A stretch of DNA of 32,000 bases, from NCBI GenBank assembly GCA_963718915.1, contig CAVRAI010000004.1, forward strand, positions 270,001 through 302,000. Direction: 5' to 3'. A program made the translations under genes and the position numbers. Position 1 is the first letter of the stretch; each line of letters begins with the position of its first letter. Source of the DNA: an uncultured Chloroflexia bacterium. Its GTDB lineage: Bacteria > Chloroflexota > Ktedonobacteria > Ktedonobacterales > JADMIN01. Positions 26,973 to 32,000 of this stretch are shown here, one piece after another. The notes beneath the pieces are model-generated. The model was given only the letters and a program-made list of their open reading frames with translations, ran no database searches and was not told the origin of the DNA.

Positions 26973-29150
26973 CTACGCATCGGTTGTTGGCGCGGATGGG
27001 ATCGAATCGGGGTTGCCAGCCGCGACGGGTTGCGCATCGAGCGCGCGCGCCAGAATCTCCGCGATATCTTCGACGCCGAAGTGATCCTGCGCCTCGACCG
27101 CTTTAATACCATCTTCAAACATCGTGATGCAGAACGGGCAAGCTGCCGCCAGCGCCTCCGCGCCGGTATCGAGCGCTTCCTGCACGCGCGTGTTGTTGAT
27201 GCGCTTGCCGATCTTCTCCTCCATCCAGACACGCCCGCCGCCGCCGCCGCAGCAGAACGACCGGTTGCGGTTGCGCTGCATCTCAGTGACGCCCTTGCTG
27301 CTAATCACGTTGAGCACGCGGCGCGGCTCGTCGTAGATGTCGTTCCAGCGGCCAATGAAGCACGGATCGTGGTACGTGAGTTTGCGCAGGTCGAAGCCCA
27401 CTGGCAGCTTGAGTTGGCCGCTGCTGATGAGCCGGTCAATAAACTCCGTATGGTGAATAACCTCGAAGTTGCCGCCAAGCTGCGGGTACTCATTCTTAAT
27501 GGTATTGAAGCAGTGCGGGCAGGTCGCCACCACCGTTTTCACGTTATAGGCGCGTCCCGGCGGGACACCCACACCGCTATAGGCAGTATGCCCGTTTGCC
27601 GAACCATTGGAGCCATTGGAGCCGTTCGCGCTGGCGGTGGCTTCTTTGCCGAAGCCGTAGCCGTTGAGCACCTCGATGTTCTGCTGCGCCAGCGTCTGCC
27701 ACAGATACTCATTGCCGATGCGCCGCGCCGGATCGCCTGTGCAGCTTTCCTCCGGGCCGAGGATGCCGAATCTGACACCCGCGTGCTGCATCACCTTCGC
27801 GAAGGCTGTGGCTACCTTCTGGTTGCGCTGGTCAAACGATCCCATGCAGCCAACCCAGTAGAGCACGTCCACCTCGGAGTCTTCGGCGAGCGTGGGCACG
27901 TTGAGCGCTTTGGCCCAGTCGGCGCGCGTATCGTTCGAGATTTCCCACGGGTTGGCGTTGCGCTCCAGGTTGTTGAAGAGCGGCGTCACCTCCTGCGGGA
28001 AGCTGCTCTCCTCCATGACCAGGAAGCGGCGCATATCGTCGATCTTCTGGACGTGATCGATGGAGACCGGGCAGATTTCGACGCACGCGCCACAGTTGGT
28101 GCAGGCCCAGAGCGACTCCTCCATGACCAGCCCGCCGACCATCGGTTCGGTTTTGGCGCGCTCCTCGGCGGCCTCCGCGCTGACGAGCATTATCCCGCCA
28201 GCGGCGAACAGCTCCTCTTTGACCGCCAGAATAATTTCTTTCGGCCAGAGCGGTTTATCGGTGGCCAGCGCGGGGCAGACGCTATTGCAGCGTCCGCACT
28301 CGGTGCAGGCATAGCCGTCGAGCAGTTGCTTCCAGGTGAACTGGCTGATCTTGTGAACGCCGTAGTCCTCGCGCTCCTCGATATTGGGGATGATCTGGAG
28401 TGCGCCCTTCGGCTGATAGCTGCGGAAGAAGACGTTGAACGGCGTCGCCAGCAGATGCAGGTGCTTCGAGTTCGGGATGTAGATCAGGAAACCGAGCACG
28501 ACCAGCACATTTGCCCACCATGCGACGCTCAACAGCGCGTTGGCGGTGCCCAGCGAGATGCCACTCCAGGCCTGGCCTACGAGCGCGCCAAAGGGTGTCC
28601 ATGCCTCGCCGCTGGTGGCGATATAGGCGAAGACCTCGAAGAAGAAGAGCGAGACCAGCACCAGCATAATCATGCCCAGGATGACGAAGGCATCTACCGG
28701 GCTGTGTGACTGGCTCTGCAATTGTTTCGGGCGCAAGACAAGCCGACGGAAGGCGAAGATGAGAAGTGCGAGGAACGCGGCGAAGATGAAGAAATCGAGC
28801 ACGACGGCAAAGACAGGACTGCCGATGATGGGCAGCTCGAAGTGGAATCCCATCGCCCAGAGGTTGAGCGCGTCGAGCTGAATGATGATGAAGCCCCAGA
28901 AGGTGAAGAAGTGCGCGATACCCGGCAGTGGGTCGCGCAAGACGCCGCGCTGGCCGAGTACCATCAGCATGAAGAATTTGGCGCGGTCGCCCAGGTGGTC
29001 GAAGCGGTTCTCCGGCTGGCCGAGCAGCAGCAGGTTGACCAGCTTGCGAATACGGAGCAGGAAAGCCACCCAGGCGGCCACCAGCACCACACCAAAGATG
29101 ACCGGGCCGATGAGGTTGTCGCCCGTCGGCCAGATTGCGGGGTGACCCAT
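26973..29150 (-). CDS. etfD: Membrane-bound Fe-S oxidoreductase (DsrM/NarI-like TM domain + 2x[4Fe-4S] + CCG domains); EtfD-like ETF:quinone oxidoreductase candidate
   Basis: N-terminal polytopic domain. CTECGRCNSVCP and CTNCGACVEICP ferredoxin motifs. C-terminal Cys-rich CCG-type motifs (YWVGCMGSF, YHDPCFIGR, SFCCGGGGG). Lies directly downstream of etfBA. Confidence 0.8.
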   Translation of the reverse strand: MGHPAIWPTGDNLIGPVIFGVVLVAAWVAFLLRIRKLVNLLLLGQPENRFDHLGDRAKFFMLMVLGQRGVLRDPLPGIAHFFTFWGFIIIQLDALNLWAMGFHFELPIIGSPVFAVVLDFFIFAAFLALLIFAFRRLVLRPKQLQSQSHSPVDAFVILGMIMLVLVSLFFFEVFAYIATSGEAWTPFGALVGQAWSGISLGTANALLSVAWWANVLVVLGFLIYIPNSKHLHLLATPFNVFFRSYQPKGALQIIPNIEEREDYGVHKISQFTWKQLLDGYACTECGRCNSVCPALATDKPLWPKEIILAVKEELFAAGGIMLVSAEAAEERAKTEPMVGGLVMEESLWACTNCGACVEICPVSIDHVQKIDDMRRFLVMEESSFPQEVTPLFNNLERNANPWEISNDTRADWAKALNVPTLAEDSEVDVLYWVGCMGSFDQRNQKVATAFAKVMQHAGVRFGILGPEESCTGDPARRIGNEYLWQTLAQQNIEVLNGYGFGKEATASANGSNGSNGSANGHTAYSGVGVPPGRAYNVKTVVATCPHCFNTIKNEYPQLGGNFEVIHHTEFIDRLISSGQLKLPVGFDLRKLTYHDPCFIGRWNDIYDEPRRVLNVISSKGVTEMQRNRNRSFCCGGGGGRVWMEEKIGKRINNTRVQEALDTGAEALAAACPFCITMFEDGIKAVEAQDHFGVEDIAEILARALDAQPVAAGNPDSIPSAPTTDA
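27601..27627 (-). repeat. 9-bp in-frame tandem repeat encoding (NGS)3 inside etfD
   Basis: gaaccattg gagccattg gagccgttc on the plus strand; the protein reads ASANGSNGSNGSANG. Confidence 0.8.
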
Positions 29151-29385
29151 GGCAGTCGCTCCTTTGCCAGAAATCAGAATTGGGATGAACAGTGGCGAAT
29201 GGGCGCCATTCGTCTACGTCGCGCGTGCCGCGGGCTGAAGACCCGCAGCTAATCCCAGTTGTTCAGTAGTACCGCTCGTTGGCGAACATGCGCATCCGAC
29301 GCGAGATTAGCCGTGGCGCTTCAGGCCACGGCCCGCGACGACCCGCGGCAACCTGGGCAGTCAGCCGCTATGGCGCGCTAGTTCT

Positions 29386-30429
29386 CTAGCTGCCCTTACG
29401 CGCTTTGACGAGCGCTGTCAGCTGGGGCACGACGACGTTCAGATCGCCGACGATACCCAGGTCGCAGAAAGAGAAGATAGGCGCGTCTTTGTCTTTGTTA
29501 ATGGCGATAATCAGGCTAGATGTGCCCATACCAGCTTTATGCTGCACCGCGCCCGAGATGCCACAGGCGATATAGACCGTCGGCTTGACCGTCTTGCCGG
29601 TCTGGCCCACCTGGTGCGCGTAAGGCACCCACCCAGCATCCACGGCGGCGCGCGATGCGCCCAGACCAGCGCCGAGCGCCGTCGCCAGTTCTTCGATCTG
29701 CGCGAAGCCCTGCGGACCACCCAAGCCACGTCCGCCAGAGACGATGATCTGCGCCTCCTCGAGCTTGGCGCGGCTGGCTGCTGGCATCCAGATGTCGTGG
29801 CCATCGGGCGCTTTGCCCAGATGACCAGCCTCGGCGGCGCCCTCCGTGCCGAAGGGGCCAGAGACCTTTGCGCCATTGGATGGAGCCGCGGGCGCGGGAA
29901 TATTCTCGACGTTGGCGCCGCCGCCGACGCGATTTGTCGGGAAGGCATTCGGGCGCGCGCCGAGCAGCCGCGTCCCCTCGCCCTGGAATGCCATCTTGAC
30001 GGCCTGCGAGCCACCGAAGGCGGGGACGGTCATCATGACCTCGCCATTCTCGACCGCGACGTCGCCAACATTATATTCGATGCCCAGGCCAAGCCGCGCC
30101 GCCAGTCGCGCCGCGACATCGCGCCCATAGTTGGTGCCGCCAAAGAGCACCAGACGTGGCTGATGCTGCTGGATCAGCGCCGCCAGCGCCTCAACATGTG
30201 GCTGCGTCAGATATTCGTCGTAGACGCTGCCCTCGGAGGCGTAGACGGTCTGCACACCGCATGCGCCCAGGTCAGCTGCGGCGGCCTGCGTATTCGTGCC
30301 AAGGGCGACGACTGCGGACGATCCGCCCAGCGTGCCCGCCAGCTCGGCGGCCTTGCTCGCCAGTTGCAGCGAGATGCTCGCCAGCTTGCCGCCGTTGATT
30401 TCCGCCAATGCCCAAATGTCGTTCGCCAT
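29386..30429 (-). CDS. etfA: Electron transfer flavoprotein subunit alpha
   Basis: IACGISGAVQHKAGM and GASRAAVDAGW motifs. 347 aa. Confidence 0.92.
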   Translation of the reverse strand: MANDIWALAEINGGKLASISLQLASKAAELAGTLGGSSAVVALGTNTQAAAADLGACGVQTVYASEGSVYDEYLTQPHVEALAALIQQHQPRLVLFGGTNYGRDVAARLAARLGLGIEYNVGDVAVENGEVMMTVPAFGGSQAVKMAFQGEGTRLLGARPNAFPTNRVGGGANVENIPAPAAPSNGAKVSGPFGTEGAAEAGHLGKAPDGHDIWMPAASRAKLEEAQIIVSGGRGLGGPQGFAQIEELATALGAGLGASRAAVDAGWVPYAHQVGQTGKTVKPTVYIACGISGAVQHKAGMGTSSLIIAINKDKDAPIFSFCDLGIVGDLNVVVPQLTALVKARKGS

Positions 30430-30431
30430 CG

Positions 30432-31208
30432 TTAGAGCACCTTCTGTTCTGCGAGGAAAGCCACGACACGCTCGGCGGCGCCATCGTTGCCCATGTAGAT
30501 CTCGCCCTTACGCTGTGTCGCGATTTTGTCCGCGCTGAGCGCCTTCTCACCAGACGCGCCCGCCCCGACCTTGCTGGCATCGATGCCCAGGTCTGCAAGG
30601 CTCATCGTGTCGATGGGCTTCTTCTTGGACTGCATGATCCCCTTCATCGAAGGGTACCGCGGCTCGTTGATGGACTTCATGACGCTCACAAGCGCGGGCG
30701 TCTGGGCCTCGACCACGTTATAGCCGACCTCCGCCGCGCGCTCGATCTTCACGGTTGTGCCGTCGATATCCAGTTTCGTGGCGAACGAGAGCAGGGGCAA
30801 CCCCAGGAACTCGGCGACGGCGCTTGGCACGATGCCGCCGTACGAATCGGCGGCTGCGCTGCCGAAGAGCACCAGATCGAAGCCGATGTTTTGGAGCGCG
30901 GCTGCCAGCACGCGCGAGGTGGCCACTGCGTCTGATCCAGCCAGCGCCGTATCCGTCACCAGAACGCCTCGGTCGGCGCCCATCGCCAGCGCCTTGCGGA
31001 TCGTGTCCGTGGCGGTTTCTGGCCCCATGCAGAGCACGATGGTCTCGCCACCGTGTTTCTCTTGCTGGCGCAGACCCTCCTCGATGGTGTATTCATCGAA
31101 AGGGTTCATAATCGCGTCCTCTTTGCGTCGCTCCAGTCGCATATTGGCGTCGAAGCGTTTCTCCGCCGTGGTTGACGGCGTCTCCTTCATGCAGATAACA
31201 ATCTTCAC
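30432..31208 (-). CDS. etfB: Electron transfer flavoprotein subunit beta
   Basis: (V)KIVICMKETPST..., NPFDEYTIEE, ALAMGADRGVLV. GGAGGT lies 9 nt before GTG 31208; the track ORF extends to 31280. The stop is 2 nt from the etfA start. Confidence 0.9.
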   Translation of the reverse strand: MKIVICMKETPSTTAEKRFDANMRLERRKEDAIMNPFDEYTIEEGLRQQEKHGGETIVLCMGPETATDTIRKALAMGADRGVLVTDTALAGSDAVATSRVLAAALQNIGFDLVLFGSAAADSYGGIVPSAVAEFLGLPLLSFATKLDIDGTTVKIERAAEVGYNVVEAQTPALVSVMKSINEPRYPSMKGIMQSKKKPIDTMSLADLGIDASKVGAGASGEKALSADKIATQRKGEIYMGNDGAAERVVAFLAEQKVL

Positions 31209-31438
31209 CAGGTCGTACCTCCAGATATCGCTAGCGGCCTGCGTAGGAGAATCAGCGGCCAGCACGCAGTCGCGGGTCACCGAAATAGTCAGGTGTTAGC
31301 TGGGCCGCTCTCACGGCGATGAGTCGAGCGGTGGGACGCCGACCGGCAGGAATCGTTCGGCAGGTATGAATGCCGACGGCATGAGCGCCGATAGCATACG
31401 AGACGAACGCCCTTGTCCGCTCAAGACAAATCACTCGA

Positions 31439-31468
31439 ATTGTAGCTGGGCCGGGAATAGCCTGTCAA
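31439..31468 (-). promoter_or_regulatory. Sigma70-type promoter for the etfBAD operon: TTGACA-18 nt-TACAAT
   Basis: Plus-strand tgtcaa (31463-31468) and attgta (31439-31444) are reverse complements of a perfect -35 and a 5/6 -10. This implies a leader of about 220 nt. Confidence 0.5.
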
Positions 31469-31735
31469 TGTGTAGCTAGCTGACGTGCCGGGCCGCAAAG
31501 TCGCTCAGTGGTTGCCATCGTACCGTTATGGTCACGCTCATAACGGTTGTGGACGGCCCTGTGGCGCCGCATAGTGTCTGTGCTGTCCCATTGGACAGGG
31601 TTTCAAAGAGGAACTGGTGGTACGATATTCCTCATACACTATTGAGAAGCATGATACCGCGACATAGCACGTATTGTGATAGTTCCGTGAGGGTGGGGGC
31701 ACATGGGGAGCGTGCGCGCCTGGGTTGGTGGGCGG

Positions 31736-32000
31736 ATGCCGACGTTGCCGAACTATTCACGTAACGTCAAGCTCATTCTCCTCTATACGTTGGGCAAGGG
31801 CTTCCAGATTTACATTGGTCAGGTCACCACCAACCTCTACGTCTATAGCCTCGGCTACCACGAGGACTTCATCGGGTTGGTCGCCGCGATGCCCGCGATT
31901 GCAGCGCTGTTCGCGGGGATTCCTCTTGGATTACTTGCCGACCGTGTCGGACGCAAGCCGCTGCTGCTGATTAGTGGTTTACTCAACCCGCTGGCGTTGG
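31736..32000 (+). CDS. MFS transporter, 5' partial (runs off the window)
   Basis: My translation from ATG 31736: MPTLPNYSRNVKLILLYTLGKGFQIYIGQ...GIPLGLLADRVGRKPLLLISG (MFS motif A, GxLaDRxGRK). It is absent from the ORF track because no stop falls inside the window. Confidence 0.7.
   Translation, partial: MPTLPNYSRNVKLILLYTLGKGFQIYIGQVTTNLYVYSLGYHEDFIGLVAAMPAIAALFAGIPLGLLADRVGRKPLLLISGLLNPLAL

Noticed and set aside
26886-28709. 607-aa plus-strand ORF
   Set aside because: It lies antisense to the well-supported EtfD-like gene. Its composition is Arg/Ala/Leu-rich with no motifs, the usual shadow ORF of a high-GC gene.
29539-30435. 298-aa plus-strand ORF
   Set aside because: It lies antisense to etfA and has Arg-rich shadow-frame composition.
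31528-31764. 78-aa ORF in the etfB / MFS intergenic region
   Set aside because: It has no RBS or motifs and overlaps the better-supported MFS transporter start at 31736 in another frame.

Overview
This is a GC-rich, densely coding bacterial chromosomal window with about 33 genes on both strands. The gene content looks like a Terrabacteria lineage (Chloroflexota- or Actinomycetota-like), but that is inference and I cannot verify it. I recognised no rRNA, tRNA, CRISPR array, transposase or integrase. From left to right the window holds:
- a three-gene redox cluster (FNR-type reductase with 2Fe-2S domain, ApbE flavin transferase, ferric-reductase-like haem membrane protein);
- a CHAD protein and a 980-aa SARP/AfsR-type regulator;
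- an adenosine-specific-kinase-family gene, an alkyltransferase-like (ATL) protein and an esterase;
- an RqcH/NFACT gene, gmk, glpX, a nitroreductase, a NIF3-like gene, a GNAT gene, an HD-like gene and gpmI;
- two tandem signal peptidase I genes plus a membrane-anchored hydrolase;
- mutM, a lipoprotein, larB and a KGG-repeat stress protein;
- a low-GC stretch with uncharacterised membrane proteins;
- an etfB-etfA-etfD operon and the 5' end of an MFS transporter.

Points worth a second look:
1. At least four, and possibly six, conserved genes are broken by +/-1 frameshifts. Most can be repaired at a short homopolymer. This looks more like an indel-error signature than biology, but it must be checked.
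2. About 250 bp of back-to-back perfect GC-rich hairpins lie between the divergent gpmI and lepB promoters. They may be a structured ncRNA or a REP-like element.
3. A segment of about 1.4 kb at roughly 40-47% GC encodes a membrane protein with a novel 16-17-aa repeat and a membrane-anchored zinc-ribbon protein.
4. The second signal peptidase paralogue has lost its catalytic Lys.
5. The redox cluster resembles a split NOX/MsrQ-type module, and its ApbE has no signal peptide.

I found no clear-cut novel multi-gene system such as a defence island. Items 2 and 3 are the best candidates for something undescribed.
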